This document shows, piece by piece, positions 17,330 to 28,843 of a stretch of 64,000 bases of DNA (position 1 is its first letter; each line of letters begins with the position of its first letter). The position numbers and the translations under genes are program-made. The notes beneath the pieces are model-generated. The model was given only the letters and a program-made list of their open reading frames with translations. It was not told the origin of the DNA and did no database searches. The DNA comes from Thermoplasmata archaeon (lineage in GTDB: Archaea > Thermoplasmatota > Thermoplasmata > UBA10834), in contig DATKWQ010000022.1 in NCBI GenBank assembly GCA_035529455.1, positions 7,418 through 71,417 of the forward strand. The letters are read 5' to 3'.

Positions 17330-20300
17330 ATGTCGGCTGAGCCGCATCAATCAAGAGGGGGTACTGTCGCCCCCACCAATGGCGAGATGGCGAAGGGACC
17401 AGGCTGGAGCCTCGAGCCACAGATAGGGGCCAATGCGAAGACCGTCCTGGAGCGGCGATATCTCCGAAAGGATGACGATGGGAAGCCCACGGAGACACCT
17501 CGTGAGCTTTTCGAGAGAGTGGCTAGGGCTATAGCTACCGCTGAGGCCAACTACGGCAAATCGGACGCGGAGGTCGAGGCAGTCGCAGAGCGGTTCTACG
17601 AGCTGATGGCACGCCAGTACTTCATGCCAAACAGCCCCACACTCATGAACGCCGGCAGAGAGCTGGGACAGCTCTCCGCGTGTTTCGTTCTTCCAGTGGG
17701 AGACTCCATGGAGGAGATCTTCGACGCGATTAAGTTCACCGCCTTGATACACAAATGCCTCGTGCCGGAGACCCTCGTGATGACAGATGCCGGATGCAGG
17801 ACCATAGGCTCCGTCGACGGTGGTTCGTGGATAGAGACGCACGAAGGAATGGACTTGGTCGAGGAGAACCACTCGAACGGAGTACAAGAAGTATTCACTG
17901 TCGAGACGGCTGAGGGATATTCGATCACTGGCACCGCACTGCACCGGCTCATGGTGATGCAGGTGGACGGGACTTTCGACTGGAAACGCATCGGCGACCT
18001 CGAGAAGCACGACACACTCGTGATGAAACTTGGAGGCTGGCTGGGCGGGACGCTCGACAAGGTCGAGTGCGGATTCTCCGAGGTCGCGGAACACGGGATC
18101 GATGACAGGCTGATCAGGGCGGACGAGCCCGCACTGTGTGAGTTCATGAGAGACGCGTTCACGAGCCATGGTTGGATCTCGGCCGAAGGAGTAGTCTCTA
18201 TCGACACCGGGTCTGAGGCGCTCGCCCGCAGATTCCAGGCCATGCTGTTCTATGTCGGCGTGACCACACACAGACAGAGCTCGAAGCTTACCGTCTGCAC
18301 ACGGTCCGGTTTCGAGGTCTTCAGAGAGAAGATCGGCTTCGATTCGATGCTGTTGAACCGGAGGCTCGATAGGCTGGAGACTGAGGCGGCAATCTGTGCT
18401 GTTTCTTCATCTGGCTCCGGTCATGACGAGGCGGACGACGAGGGGCATTACTATGTCTGCGTGGAGGAAGTCGTTCCCGCGGGGAAGAGGGAGGTTGTGG
18501 ACCTCACCGTCAGTGGGACGCACGCGTATCTCGCGGACGGGTTCATCTCTCACAACAGTGGGGGCGGCACAGGATTCAGCTTCTCAAGACTTAGGCCCGC
18601 GCGCGACTCCGTGAAGAGCACTGCTGGGGTGTCGAGTGGGCCCATATCGTTCATGGAAGTCTTCAACACAGCTACGGAGACAATCAAGCAAGGGGGCACG
18701 CGCAGGGGGGCGAACATGGGCATACTACGCGTGGACCACCCGGACATAGTCGCGTTCATAACGAGTAAGAGGGACAGCTCGAAGCTGACCAACTTCAACA
18801 TATCGGTGGCGCTGACGGACAAGTTCATGGACGCCCTTGAGAAGGACGCGGAATACGATCTCGTCAGCCCGCGGTCGCGCGAAGGCGTCTCCAAGATGAA
18901 GGCGCGGAAGGTCTTCGACATGATAATCAACATGGCCTGGCGCAACGGCGAGCCGGGCGTAGTGTTCATCGACAAGATAAACAGGGACAATCCGACACCT
19001 GCCGTCGGCGAGATCGAGAGCACCAACCCATGCGGGGAGCAGCCGCTTCTCCCGTACGAGTCCTGCAACCTCGGCTCCATCAACCTATCGAAGATGCTCA
19101 GGATGGAGGACGGGCGGCTGGCCGTGGACTACGCGAGGCTCAGGGAGACTGTCCACTGGGCGGTACGGTTCCTCGATAACGTCATTGACGTGAACAAGTA
19201 TCCGCTCCCGCAGATAGAGGAGATGACAAAGGCGAACAGGAAGATAGGGCTTGGCGTGATGGGCTTCGCCGACATGCTTCTGCGCCTTGGCACCCCGTAC
19301 GACTCGGACGAGGCGATGAGCCTCGGTGCGGACATCATGAAGTTCATAGACGACGAGGGACACAAGGCGTCGGAGGCGCTCGCCTCCGAGAGGGGCAGCT
19401 TCCCCAACTTCAAGGAGAGCATCCTCGCTGACAGGTACGGCAGGCTGCGCAATGCGACGGTGACGACGATCGCCCCCACGGGCACCATCAGCATCATCGC
19501 CGCTGCCTCGAGCGGCATCGAGCCCATCTTCGCAGTAGCGTATGTGAGGAATGTGATGGACAGAGACATACTCCCCGAGGTCAACCCCATTTTCGAGGAG
19601 GTCGCCAAGGAGAGGGGGTTCTACTCCGCGGACCTGATGAAGGAGATAGCGGCTCAGGGGTCAGTGGCGGACGTCAAGGGGGTTCCCGAGGACATCGCGA
19701 AGCTTTTCGTGACCGCCCTGGACATCACCCCCGAGGCGCACGTACGGATGCAGGCGGCTTTCCAGGAGCACACCGACAACGCGGTATCGAAGACCGTCAA
19801 TTTCCCGAACGACGCGACGGTCGCGGATGTCGAGAATGTGTACCTCCTCGCCTACAAGCTCGGATGCAAGGGAGTGACGGTCTATCGATATGGGAGCAGG
19901 GATGACCAGGTCCTCAGCGTCGGCGAGAAGGAGTCGAAGGCGACGGATGATGAATCAGACGAGGAGAGAGAGGACTCGCGGGCGCCCAGGCCCCGGCCGT
20001 ACCTAACGAAGGGGACGACGCAGCGCATCGAGACGGGGTGCGGGCATCTCTACGTGACGATAAACGAGGACGAGAACGGCCTCTGCGAGGTATTCACGCA
20101 GATGGGCAAGTCTGGAGGATGCACGGCGTCCCAGTCCGAAGCGATCGGGCGGCTTCTGTCGCTCGCGCTGAGATCGGGGATCGAGCCCGAGTCGATAGTG
20201 AAACAGCTCAGAGGGATAAGATGCCCGTCGCCGCTGTGGCAGCCAGGGGGCATGGTGCTCTCCTGCAGCGACGCGGTCGCCAAGGCGCTGGAGCGGTACA

Positions 20301-20491
20301 CCAAGGAGCGATCCGCCACAGCAGAGGCAGGCAATGGTGCTGGCGCATGGTCGGAAGGACCAGGCCCACAGAAGCAGAACCATGTGGACAAGGGAGAGGT
20401 ATGCCCCGAATGCCCGGAATGCGGGAGCATGGTGGAATACGTTGAAGGATGCGTGGTGTGCCGGACCTGCGGGTACTCACGATGTTGGTAG
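17330..20491 (+). CDS. nrdJ: Class II (adenosylcobalamin-dependent) ribonucleotide reductase with intein, TSCPD domain and C-terminal Zn ribbon
   Basis: [50 protein letters not shown]-terminal TGCG..GIRC..SCSD and CPEC..CxxC. Confidence 0.96.
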   Translation: MSAEPHQSRGGTVAPTNGEMAKGPGWSLEPQIGANAKTVLERRYLRKDDDGKPTETPRELFERVARAIATAEANYGKSDAEVEAVAERFYELMARQYFMPNSPTLMNAGRELGQLSACFVLPVGDSMEEIFDAIKFTALIHKCLVPETLVMTDAGCRTIGSVDGGSWIETHEGMDLVEENHSNGVQEVFTVETAEGYSITGTALHRLMVMQVDGTFDWKRIGDLEKHDTLVMKLGGWLGGTLDKVECGFSEVAEHGIDDRLIRADEPALCEFMRDAFTSHGWISAEGVVSIDTGSEALARRFQAMLFYVGVTTHRQSSKLTVCTRSGFEVFREKIGFDSMLLNRRLDRLETEAAICAVSSSGSGHDEADDEGHYYVCVEEVVPAGKREVVDLTVSGTHAYLADGFISHNSGGGTGFSFSRLRPARDSVKSTAGVSSGPISFMEVFNTATETIKQGGTRRGANMGILRVDHPDIVAFITSKRDSSKLTNFNISVALTDKFMDALEKDAEYDLVSPRSREGVSKMKARKVFDMIINMAWRNGEPGVVFIDKINRDNPTPAVGEIESTNPCGEQPLLPYESCNLGSINLSKMLRMEDGRLAVDYARLRETVHWAVRFLDNVIDVNKYPLPQIEEMTKANRKIGLGVMGFADMLLRLGTPYDSDEAMSLGADIMKFIDDEGHKASEALASERGSFPNFKESILADRYGRLRNATVTTIAPTGTISIIAAASSGIEPIFAVAYVRNVMDRDILPEVNPIFEEVAKERGFYSADLMKEIAAQGSVADVKGVPEDIAKLFVTALDITPEAHVRMQAAFQEHTDNAVSKTVNFPNDATVADVENVYLLAYKLGCKGVTVYRYGSRDDQVLSVGEKESKATDDESDEEREDSRAPRPRPYLTKGTTQRIETGCGHLYVTINEDENGLCEVFTQMGKSGGCTASQSEAIGRLLSLALRSGIEPESIVKQLRGIRCPSPLWQPGGMVLSCSDAVAKALERYTKERSATAEAGNGAGAWSEGPGPQKQNHVDKGEVCPECPECGSMVEYVEGCVVCRTCGYSRCW
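17756..18556 (+). mobile_element. 267-aa intein with partially deleted LAGLIDADG homing endonuclease
   Basis: Begins CLVPETLV, block B TGTALHR, block F VVDLTV, ends SHN before extein Ser (HK|SGGGTG). One degenerate HEN motif ([12 protein letters not shown]). Confidence 0.93.
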
Positions 20492-20513
20492 AACAAGAAG
20501 AGGGAAAGCAGGG

Positions 20514-20556
20514 CTGCCGGCCCCGCGGGGTGCAGGGGCCGGAGCAGATTTATTTT
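20514..20556 (+). terminator. GC-rich hairpin plus T-rich tract after nrdJ
   Basis: CCGGCCCC (20517-24) pairs with GGGGCCGG (20535-42), followed by ATTTATTTT. Confidence 0.5.
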
Positions 20557-20583
20557 CGGTCGACCATGACGGGGCCGTAACGG

Positions 20584-21174
20584 GTGTTGCCAATGGCCAA
20601 GGTTCTGACTATAAACGGGAGCCCGAGGAAGGACGGGAACATAGACGGCATGCTGAACGCTGCAGAGGAAGTGCTGAGGCAGGAGGGCTTGGAGGTCGAG
20701 CGCGTCTCCCTCGCCGACAGGGAGGTCAGACCGTGCAATGCGTGTGACGCGTGCTACGACGACGCGTGGAGCTGCCCGATCGACGACGACGCCATCCCCG
20801 TCCTGAAGAAGATGGTGAAGGCCGACGGAATACTGATCGGCTCCCCCGTCTACTTCGGAGGGGTCACCGCGCAGCTCAAGGCCCTAATGGACAGATCGGT
20901 CATGCCCTATCAGGAGTCGGAACTCAAGGACAAGATCGGCGGGGCGCTTAGCTGTGGCGGTGCGACGCACGGCGGTCAGGAGCTCACGGTCAACCAGATA
21001 GCCGTCTATTTCATGACTCACGACATGCAGTTCGCGAACGCCGGAGGCGGGGCATATGGAGCGATGGGTACTGCCAACGATAAAGGGGAGATAGCCGAGG
21101 ACGAGGAGGGACTCGCTTCCGCCCGAGCACTGGGGAAGCGCATGGCCCACCTGCTCAAGGCAAAGGGCGTCTGA
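20584..21174 (+). CDS. Iron-sulfur flavoprotein (Isf-like)
   Basis: GSPRKDGN, CxxCxxCx6C cluster motif, GSPVYFG, GGQE. Confidence 0.92.
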   Translation: MLPMAKVLTINGSPRKDGNIDGMLNAAEEVLRQEGLEVERVSLADREVRPCNACDACYDDAWSCPIDDDAIPVLKKMVKADGILIGSPVYFGGVTAQLKALMDRSVMPYQESELKDKIGGALSCGGATHGGQELTVNQIAVYFMTHDMQFANAGGGAYGAMGTANDKGEIAEDEEGLASARALGKRMAHLLKAKGV

Positions 21175-21431
21175 CTTATAGCCTGGCCAATGGCAGTTCG
21201 ACGTCTACGCTACGTGTATCCCAAACAGTACTCTAAGCACCATGTCCATGGCCGCCCGTGGGTGATCGGAAGTCCGAAGCATCGTCCGGGCATGTGGCCG
21301 TGGGGACGGCGATTGAGCATACCACGAGCTGCATGTGATGCTCGTACACTTCCGGCCCACTCCAGGTGGAAGTGATATACGGCTTGAACGCAATCAAGGT
21401 GATCTCCTCGAAGCCAGGAGGGGGAAGGAAG

Positions 21432-22403
21432 ATGACAACGGACAAGCAGTTCATTAGCGCGCTCAAGGCGGGAGACGGCGTCGACTCATACTTCTCTGTG
21501 GCGTACAAGAAGCCAGTAACCGAGTACAAATACGGACACATGTTCGAGTTCAGGGCCGGTGACAGGACGGGACAGATAACGGTGAAGTACTGGGGAGGAG
21601 ACGACCGAGAACGCGTGAAGAACCTCCAGATTATGCTCGAACGAGGTGGCGTCGTGCATATCAAGGGCGAGGCTGGGGAGTACAGAAGCCAGCTCGAGAT
21701 ATCGGTCAGCGAGAAGGACGGCGGTGTGATCGAGAGGCTGAGCCCGGAGGACTACGACGCCTCTGCTCTGCTGGCAACCCTTGATGGCATCCCCGAGATG
21801 AAGGAAAGGCTGATGCGATCCGTCCGAGCCGTGGAGGAGCCGCATCTGAACCGGCTCCTGACCGACCTGTTCGAGGATGAGGGATTCATGGAATCGTTCT
21901 GTGCGTGTCCAGCTTCAGTCCAGTTCCACTCTGCGGCAATAGGTGGGCTGCTCAATCACACCCTGACAGTGGTGGAGACCTGCTCCAAGATGCTCCTGCT
22001 GCAGCCCGGACTGGACAGAGATCTCGTAATCGCAGGGGCGCTGCTGCATGACATCGGAAAGACGCGGACTTACGTGGTCGCTGCCAACACGAACCACACG
22101 CCTGAGGGCAATCTCATCGGCCACCTCGTCATCAGCTACGAACTCCTGGTTGACAGGTTGCGCTCAATCGATGGATTCCCAGAGGATCTCGCCCTGAAAC
22201 TGAAGCATGTGATCCTCTCGCATCATGGCAGGAAGGAGTGGGGGTCGCCGGTCGAGCCGATGATGCCCGAGGCATTGCTTGTCCACATGGCGGATGACAT
22301 GGACGCGAAGCTCAACTATATGGTCTCCAGGCGCGAGGAGGCGGTCTCCGAGGACGACTGGACATGGGACCGCAGACTGTCGAGGTTGATCTACCTGAAA
22401 TGA
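21432..22403 (+). CDS. OB-fold + HD 3'-5' exoribonuclease (YhaM/Cbf1 family)
   Basis: DRTGQI OB fold, GGLLNHT, LLHDIGK, SHHG..EWGSP..P, HMADDMDA. Confidence 0.9.
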   Translation: MTTDKQFISALKAGDGVDSYFSVAYKKPVTEYKYGHMFEFRAGDRTGQITVKYWGGDDRERVKNLQIMLERGGVVHIKGEAGEYRSQLEISVSEKDGGVIERLSPEDYDASALLATLDGIPEMKERLMRSVRAVEEPHLNRLLTDLFEDEGFMESFCACPASVQFHSAAIGGLLNHTLTVVETCSKMLLLQPGLDRDLVIAGALLHDIGKTRTYVVAANTNHTPEGNLIGHLVISYELLVDRLRSIDGFPEDLALKLKHVILSHHGRKEWGSPVEPMMPEALLVHMADDMDAKLNYMVSRREEAVSEDDWTWDRRLSRLIYLK

Positions 22404-22517
22404 CCGCCGAGACGACCATGCGCGCCGATTTCGCGTACAACAATGTGCAATGATGCTGGAAAAAGCTATATATTGTACCAGACATCAACTTTCTTCCAAG
22501 ACCAAGGAGGGAACGAA

Positions 22518-23819
22518 TTGAGATCGATAAGGACAACGCTCACACCTGAAGAGATGCCAAGGAAATGGTACAACATCCTGCCGGACCTGCCGACGCCGCT
22601 TCCGCCACCGCTGAACCCGGCCACCAAGGAGCCCATTTCGCCATCGGACCTTGAAGCCATCTTCCCGAAGGCGCTCATAGCGCAGGAGATGTCCTCGGAG
22701 AGTTACATCGACATACCCGAGGAGGTCCTCGACTCATACATGATGATCAACAGGCCGAGTCCGCTTCAGAGGGCTGTGAGGCTGGAGGAGAAGCTGAAGA
22801 CGCCGGCCAAGATCTACTTCAAGCGCGAGGACATGTCCCCGGCTGGCAGCCACAAAACGAACACCGCTCTCGCCCAGGCATATTACAACAAGATGGAGGG
22901 TGTGGAGCGGCTCACGACGGAGACCGGCGCTGGACAGTGGGGGTCGGCTCTCAGTTTGGCATGCAGTCATTTCGACATGACGTGCCAGGTATACATGGTA
23001 AGGGCGAGCTACGACCAGAAGCCGTATAGGAGAGAGGTCATGCGCCTGTTCGGCAGCCAGGTATTCCCGTCGCCCAGCGACCAGACCGAGTTCGGCAGGT
23101 CGCTTCTCGCCAAGGACAAGAACCACCCGGGCTCACTGGGCATCGCGATCAGCGAGGCGCTCGAAGCCTGCATCAAGGACGGCAATGCGAAGTACAGCCT
23201 CGGCAGCGTCCTCAACCACGTGATGTTGCATCAGACCATCATCGGACAGGAGACGATGCTGCAGTTCCAGAAGCTGGGTGAGAAGCCTGACTACCTCGTG
23301 GGATGCGTCGGAGGCGGCTCGAACTTCGCGGGGTTCACATTCCCGTTCGTGGGACAGCATCTCAAGAAGAAGCTGGACACCGAGTTCATCGCTGTCGAGC
23401 CCACATCCGTGCCGACACTCACCGGTGGGAAGTACGAATACGACTTCGGCGACACCGCCGAGATGACCCCGCTCCTCATGATGTACACGCTGGGACACGC
23501 GTTCGTCCCATCGCCGATCCATGCAGGCGGATTGAGGTATCACGGGGCGGCGCCTACCGTCAGCGCGCTCGTCAACGAGGGCATTGTGAAGCCCGTTTCC
23601 TACCAGCAGAAGGAAGTGTTCGACGCAGCGGCTCTCTTCGCGAGGCAGGAAGGCATCATACCCGCCCCAGAAACGGCCCATGCCATCAAGGCCGTGATCG
23701 ACCTGGCGCTTGAGGCGAAGAAGAACAACGAGGAGAAGATCATAGCGTTCAACTTCTCGGGCCACGGTCTGCTCGACCTCGCGGGATACCAGGCGTATCT
23801 GGATGGAACACTGACCTGA
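22518..23819 (+). CDS. trpB2: TrpB2 (operon-independent tryptophan synthase beta-like PLP enzyme)
   Basis: [43 protein letters not shown] start follows GGAGG. Confidence 0.95.
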   Translation: MRSIRTTLTPEEMPRKWYNILPDLPTPLPPPLNPATKEPISPSDLEAIFPKALIAQEMSSESYIDIPEEVLDSYMMINRPSPLQRAVRLEEKLKTPAKIYFKREDMSPAGSHKTNTALAQAYYNKMEGVERLTTETGAGQWGSALSLACSHFDMTCQVYMVRASYDQKPYRREVMRLFGSQVFPSPSDQTEFGRSLLAKDKNHPGSLGIAISEALEACIKDGNAKYSLGSVLNHVMLHQTIIGQETMLQFQKLGEKPDYLVGCVGGGSNFAGFTFPFVGQHLKKKLDTEFIAVEPTSVPTLTGGKYEYDFGDTAEMTPLLMMYTLGHAFVPSPIHAGGLRYHGAAPTVSALVNEGIVKPVSYQQKEVFDAAALFARQEGIIPAPETAHAIKAVIDLALEAKKNNEEKIIAFNFSGHGLLDLAGYQAYLDGTLT

Positions 23820-23873
23820 GTCTGCAGGTCCAGACCATCAGACCGCATGGCGCAGTGGGACTGTGCGTGAACG

Positions 23874-24359
23874 TCAGGAGAAGTAGCTCTCTTGATCCTC
23901 GCGCAGGCTCCTGAAGGTCGCCCTGAACTCTGGCCGCTTGAGCGCCCTATCGAGCTGGACCTTCAGATCCCTATCGAGACGCTCCTGCTTTGACTGGAAG
24001 TACTCCGTCTTGAGCGTGTCAGCGGTATCCGAGGAGTACTGCTGCATACCGAACAGTATGACTGATGAGGCGTCCGCGGCACGTGAGACCATGCCAATTG
24101 GAATTGGAGAGCCGTCCTTCGACAGGTCGGCAAGGTCTGGGCTGTTCGAGCCGACTTCGCCTCCAACTGCGACCATCCTTCCGCGCGCGACCTCTGCCGC
24201 CTTGATCTGATAAATTTTCTCGTCGGAGAACAAGAAAGTGTCGTACGCGCCCTTCACGTGGTCTCTTCCTGTGAGCGCGCGCCATCCGTGCCGCTGATTG
24301 CTTGAATCGTACTGTCTCTTGAGATGCCTCATCAGCTCGTCTATGCCGAGGAACTCCAT
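23874..24359 (-). CDS. Conserved hypothetical protein
   Basis: 161-aa ORF with coding-like composition filling the gap downstream of purC. No function recognised. Confidence 0.7.
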   Translation of the reverse strand: MEFLGIDELMRHLKRQYDSSNQRHGWRALTGRDHVKGAYDTFLFSDEKIYQIKAAEVARGRMVAVGGEVGSNSPDLADLSKDGSPIPIGMVSRAADASSVILFGMQQYSSDTADTLKTEYFQSKQERLDRDLKVQLDRALKRPEFRATFRSLREDQESYFS

Positions 24360-24427
24360 AGGATATCAACACTGCAAACGTTGGCGCACTCCAGTTTCCA
24401 GCCGCCAGGCAGGCACATGAGTGACTT

Positions 24428-25330
24428 TCATCTGTAGCTCTCGCCGGTGATCCTCTCGAACATGTCTATGTAGAGCTCGGAGATCTCGTTGATCTTGTCC
24501 GCCGGCAGCGCGGGCATCTTAGGCTCGGCCTTGCCCTTCTTCCTCGCCTCGAGCAGCCTGTCGTAGTACCCGATGCCTCGATAGTGCTGCCGGACATTCT
24601 CCTTGCTCAGCTCCATGAACTCGCCCTTCGAGTAGCTGTCCCAATCCCACCACCGGTCCTCGTCGGAGGTGCCGAATGTGTCCACGATCATGAGCTCGCG
24701 GTCCTCGTCGAACGCGAATTCCTTCTTGCCGTCAACGTGGATCAAATCGCGCTTCTCCACCTCCTCACCGATCCGCTCGTCCATCCGTAGAGTGGCCTCG
24801 ATAATCGCGTCGTACTCGGCCTGGCTCAATGCGGCAATCTTCACGGCCTCCTTCTTGGTCAAGAGACGGTCCACCTTCTCCAACTTCGTGGTGAACTCGA
24901 TGAATGGCTCCGGCAGCTTGTCGCCGTACTTCACTTCCTTGCTGGATTTCAACCCCAGCTTGGACGGTTTCAGGTCGCCGGCCTTCAGCCTGTCCCAGAG
25001 AGACCCAGCCACATAGTGTCTGCATATGACCTCAAGCGGGATCAGGTAGTCCGTCGTCTTCTTGGTGATATCGGAGTACTTGAGGACCTCTACCCTCTGA
25101 ACACGCATCCGGTTGGGAGGGATGAGCTCCTTGAAATGAGTCTTTATGCCGAAAGAACGGCCAACTTGGAACCAGAACGCGCTAGACCTGCACAGAGTTT
25201 CGCCCTTGTTTGGTATGAGCGAGGGAATGGTCTTGTCGAACACTGATATCTTGTCTGAGAAGACGAATTCGAGAGTGTGGCCGTCCACTTTGTAGACGTC
25301 CTTGACTTTTCCCTGGCGTACGAGTTTCAT
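24428..25330 (-). CDS. purC: SAICAR synthetase
   Basis: GKVKDVY, SDKISVFD, IPLEVICR, DGKKEF, DTFGTSDEDRWW. Confidence 0.95.
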   Translation of the reverse strand: MKLVRQGKVKDVYKVDGHTLEFVFSDKISVFDKTIPSLIPNKGETLCRSSAFWFQVGRSFGIKTHFKELIPPNRMRVQRVEVLKYSDITKKTTDYLIPLEVICRHYVAGSLWDRLKAGDLKPSKLGLKSSKEVKYGDKLPEPFIEFTTKLEKVDRLLTKKEAVKIAALSQAEYDAIIEATLRMDERIGEEVEKRDLIHVDGKKEFAFDEDRELMIVDTFGTSDEDRWWDWDSYSKGEFMELSKENVRQHYRGIGYYDRLLEARKKGKAEPKMPALPADKINEISELYIDMFERITGESYR

Positions 25331-25488
25331 ATGACCAGGTGCGTTGTAAGCGATAGCTATTCTTAATGGTTTGGGTGTCTGACATATACTGACAGAACCG
25401 CGATTTTCCCGCCACCGATGCACCGACGCCACTCGGCAAAAAGCATTAAGCTACTCGGGATGCGTAACGCTGAGCGAGGTAGTCTGAG

Positions 25489-26706
25489 TTGACAGGCTCG
25501 TTTGACCATCACTTTTCAGCCCGTGCGAATGCGATGAAGGCGTCGGATGTCAGGGAACTGCTCAAACTCCTGCAAGCCCCTGACATGATATCGTTCGCGG
25601 GCGGTTTGCCCAACCCGGCGACTTTCCCTACAGAGATCATACGCGAGATTACCAACGACATCCTCAGCGGCGACGCCAGAAGCGCGCTGCAGTACGGCAT
25701 AACCGAAGGTTATCTCCCTCTCAGGGAGGCGGTGGCGGAGCGCATGCGGGGGAAACGCATCGATGTGACGACCGACAACGTCGGCATCGTGAGCGGATCC
25801 CAACAGGTCATCGACCTCGTGGGCAAGGTATTCATCGATCCTGGCGACTCCATAGTCGTATCGGCGCCGACGTACCTGACAGCCTTGACGGGATTCGCGG
25901 TATACAACGCCCGATTCGAGACTGTGCCCATCGACGAGGACAACATGAGGATGGACCTCTTCGAGGATAAGCTGAAAACACTCACCAGTGATTCGAGGCA
26001 TCCGAAACTGATATACGCCCTTCCGAACTTCCAGAACCCGGCGGGCGTCACCATGCCTGAGCGCAACCGCAGGCGACTGATAGACCTCGCCTCCGAACAC
26101 GACCTGATCATACTGGAGGACGACCCGTATGGTGAGTTGAGATACAGGGGAGACGATGTTCGCCCCATCAAGAGCTTCGACGACGAGGGAAGGGTGGTGT
26201 ACATGAGCACCTTCTCGAAGATACTCGCTCCCGGCCTGCGGATCGGCTGGATGCTCGCTCATCCCGACATCCTGCGGAAGCTGATAATAGCGAAGCAGTC
26301 GAGCGATGTCTGCACCAACGTGCTGGGACAGGTCATATCCCACGAGTACATCGCCCGAGGCCACATCGACACCCAGATAGGGAAGATAAGGGCCATGTAT
26401 GGCAGGAAGATGGACCTCATGTTGGATGGCATGAAACGCTTCATGCCCGACGGAATAGAATGGATCACTCCGGAAGGTGGCATGTTCCTCTGGGCGACGC
26501 TGCCCGAAGGACTCTCTTCGGGCGAGCTGCTTGAGAAAGCTCTCAAGAAGGGGGTCGCCTTCGTCTCAGGAAGGGCATTCTTTCCGGACCCGGCTGACGG
26601 GATGAGCACCATGAGATTGAACTTCACCTATCCGTCCGATGATCTCATCGAGGAGGGACTAAGACGCCTCGGTGCCGTAATCAAGGAAGAAATGGGCGCG
26701 CCTTGA
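25489..26706 (+). CDS. PLP-dependent class I/II aminotransferase (LysN/aromatic-like)
   Basis: ISFAGGLP, FQNPAG, EDDPY, TFSKILAPGLRIGW, GGMF, MRLNF. Confidence 0.93.
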   Translation: MTGSFDHHFSARANAMKASDVRELLKLLQAPDMISFAGGLPNPATFPTEIIREITNDILSGDARSALQYGITEGYLPLREAVAERMRGKRIDVTTDNVGIVSGSQQVIDLVGKVFIDPGDSIVVSAPTYLTALTGFAVYNARFETVPIDEDNMRMDLFEDKLKTLTSDSRHPKLIYALPNFQNPAGVTMPERNRRRLIDLASEHDLIILEDDPYGELRYRGDDVRPIKSFDDEGRVVYMSTFSKILAPGLRIGWMLAHPDILRKLIIAKQSSDVCTNVLGQVISHEYIARGHIDTQIGKIRAMYGRKMDLMLDGMKRFMPDGIEWITPEGGMFLWATLPEGLSSGELLEKALKKGVAFVSGRAFFPDPADGMSTMRLNFTYPSDDLIEEGLRRLGAVIKEEMGAP

Positions 26707-26741
26707 ATCGCCCAACGTCAGCGCCGTTCCACTCACGCCGT

Positions 26742-27455
26742 TCAGAATATCTCTGCTCCAGCGTGGACGACGAGTCCCTTGTCTGTGATCGAATAGGGCT
26801 TCACCCTGCGGGAATGCGACGTCCGTCTCATCTTCAGGACCCGTACCGTCAGCTGGACCTCTCCAGATTCCTTATTCTCATCAGACTGCAGGAGAAGAAC
26901 GCCGTCTGCGGTGTACTCAGCGAGGCCGTCCCTGGAAGAGCGAGGGTTCTCGTCCTTGACCTCCGCGGTCAGGATGGAGGTCGCTCCCGTGCTGCGCAGA
27001 AGCTGGGTCAGGTTGAACAGGTTGGACCGGCGGTCTGACTCGTCCGGGAACATCATGTTCAACAATGACACGGAATCTATCACCACTCTTTTGGCGCCGA
27101 ACGATTTCACGAACTTCGGGAGCTCGCTGCGGATTCTGGTGATGGTCGTCTTTGCATCGGATGGCTCCAGCTTGAAGAGCCCCAACTTCTTGTCTGCAAC
27201 CGGTTTGGACAGGTCCCAGCCGAAGGACGCTGCGTTCTTCAGCACGGAATCCTTGTCCTCCTCAAGCGAGATGAATATGCAGTGTTCGCCCTGGCTGAGC
27301 CCCTCCATCAGGAACTGCAGACCGAGAGTGGTCTTCCCGGTGCCGAACGAACCCATCGCGACTATCATATGTCCGTCTGGGAATCCGCCCTGAAGCATCT
27401 CATCGAGCCCTGGCACGCCTGTCCTGACTCTCGTCAAAGTCATTCTTGTTTTCAC
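26742..27455 (-). CDS. KaiC-like ATPase (intact motifs)
   Basis: TGVPGLD, GSFGTGKT, SLEE, VVIDS, KMR. Confidence 0.92.
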   Translation of the reverse strand: MKTRMTLTRVRTGVPGLDEMLQGGFPDGHMIVAMGSFGTGKTTLGLQFLMEGLSQGEHCIFISLEEDKDSVLKNAASFGWDLSKPVADKKLGLFKLEPSDAKTTITRIRSELPKFVKSFGAKRVVIDSVSLLNMMFPDESDRRSNLFNLTQLLRSTGATSILTAEVKDENPRSSRDGLAEYTADGVLLLQSDENKESGEVQLTVRVLKMRRTSHSRRVKPYSITDKGLVVHAGAEIF

Positions 27456-28297
27456 CCCACGCGCTCAGTGTTGATCACCACGAACCCACTCTGGGAAGTG
27501 ATGAGCGTTGCGAATCTAGCTATCCTCTCCTGGTCAAGATGGGGGAGGACGCTCATGAACTTCTCAACGTACAGGTATCTCTGCCTCTTGGATGTGTGAT
27601 GGTACTTGGCCCACTCGAACCTCAGGACACCATCAACGCTGTCTATTATCATCTGCTGGCGCCTCTTGTCGAGTATCTCGTCTGTCAGCAGCACATAGAA
27701 GACGGACTCCCATTTCTTCGCCATCCTCTGTATACCCTTGAGCAGAGCAACAACGTCCTCGAACTTCACGGTGTCCGACACCACCAGATCTGTGAGTGAG
27801 TCGATCACCACGAGGCTCCTGGGAGCGTTCGCGTCGAGGAATGTCACGAGCGACTCGAGTACCCCTTCGTCTCTGTTCTCAGAGAACAGTTCGGACCCGT
27901 CGGAACCAACCCAACTGGTGGGGACCACCGTCCGCATGAAATAGCCCTTCGAGAAGTCCTTGAACACCAGGTTCGATTCGAGTGACTCGTGGAAATCCTT
28001 GGTGAATGAGAGTCTCACCTCCCTCAAGACATCCTCTTTGGACCTCGAGAATGTCACATACGACATCTGGTCGGGCAGGACTCCATCCTTGCCAGCATGC
28101 CCCATGATGAACCCCCGCGTCTCTGGAAACTCCTTGACGAGGCCAATCTTCGCGGCTGACGTAAGGGCGAATTCGAGTCCTCCGCCCCCAACGTCGCCCA
28201 GCAGCAGAATGACTGATCCTAGCGGCACGCCGCCGCCGATTATCGAGTCGAAATCCGCGACACCTGTGGGTGTCCTTGCTACATCCCCTTCCGACAT
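27452..28297 (-). CDS. KaiC-like protein, predicted catalytically inactive
   Basis: TGVADFD and VVIDS are retained. Walker A reads GDVGGGGLE (no Lys), the EE pair is absent and KMR is replaced by KFM. Confidence 0.85.
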   Translation of the reverse strand: MSEGDVARTPTGVADFDSIIGGGVPLGSVILLLGDVGGGGLEFALTSAAKIGLVKEFPETRGFIMGHAGKDGVLPDQMSYVTFSRSKEDVLREVRLSFTKDFHESLESNLVFKDFSKGYFMRTVVPTSWVGSDGSELFSENRDEGVLESLVTFLDANAPRSLVVIDSLTDLVVSDTVKFEDVVALLKGIQRMAKKWESVFYVLLTDEILDKRRQQMIIDSVDGVLRFEWAKYHHTSKRQRYLYVEKFMSVLPHLDQERIARFATLITSQSGFVVINTERVG

Positions 28298-28372
28298 GAG
28301 TGCAGTAGAGCACATATGGTTCAGGAATAATGAAACTTTGGGGGTCCGATCGCCGAGAACAGGCGTGGCATA

Positions 28373-28843
28373 TCATCCGTCGAGGAACGAGCTGAGTAGC
28401 TGGATGGCCCTGGCGACCGCTTGGTCCTTGACGGATGTGCGCGTGCCTTCGAACACATATCTCACGCACTCTGTACGTTCAGGGGAGCAGACCGCGACAT
28501 AGACAAGTCCGATTGGCTTGGTGGGAGTCGCCCCGGTCGGTCCAGCGATGCCTGTTATCCCGATGCCGACATCGGCGCCGAACAGCCTCATGACGCCTTG
28601 CGCCATCATCCCCGCCGCTTTCTCGCTCACTGCACCCTCTTCAAGGATGACGGATCTGTCGACGCCTAGGAGGTCGACCTTCGCGTCGTTGCTGTACGAG
28701 ATCACACCTCCAATGAAATAGTCGCTGCTCCCTGGGGCGTCTGTTAGCGCGTCCCCGAGCCTTCCGCCAGTGCAGGACTCGGCGACCGCGACGGTCCTCC
28801 TCGAATCCCGCAGCTTCGCCCCGACATCGCTACTTGCGGACAC
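28373..28843 (-). CDS. CinA C-terminal / NMN deamidase (PncC-like)
   Basis: AESCTGG, PGSS, YSNDAK, GAVSE, ITGIAGP, KPIGLVY. Confidence 0.92.
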   Translation of the reverse strand: MSASSDVGAKLRDSRRTVAVAESCTGGRLGDALTDAPGSSDYFIGGVISYSNDAKVDLLGVDRSVILEEGAVSEKAAGMMAQGVMRLFGADVGIGITGIAGPTGATPTKPIGLVYVAVCSPERTECVRYVFEGTRTSVKDQAVARAIQLLSSFLDG

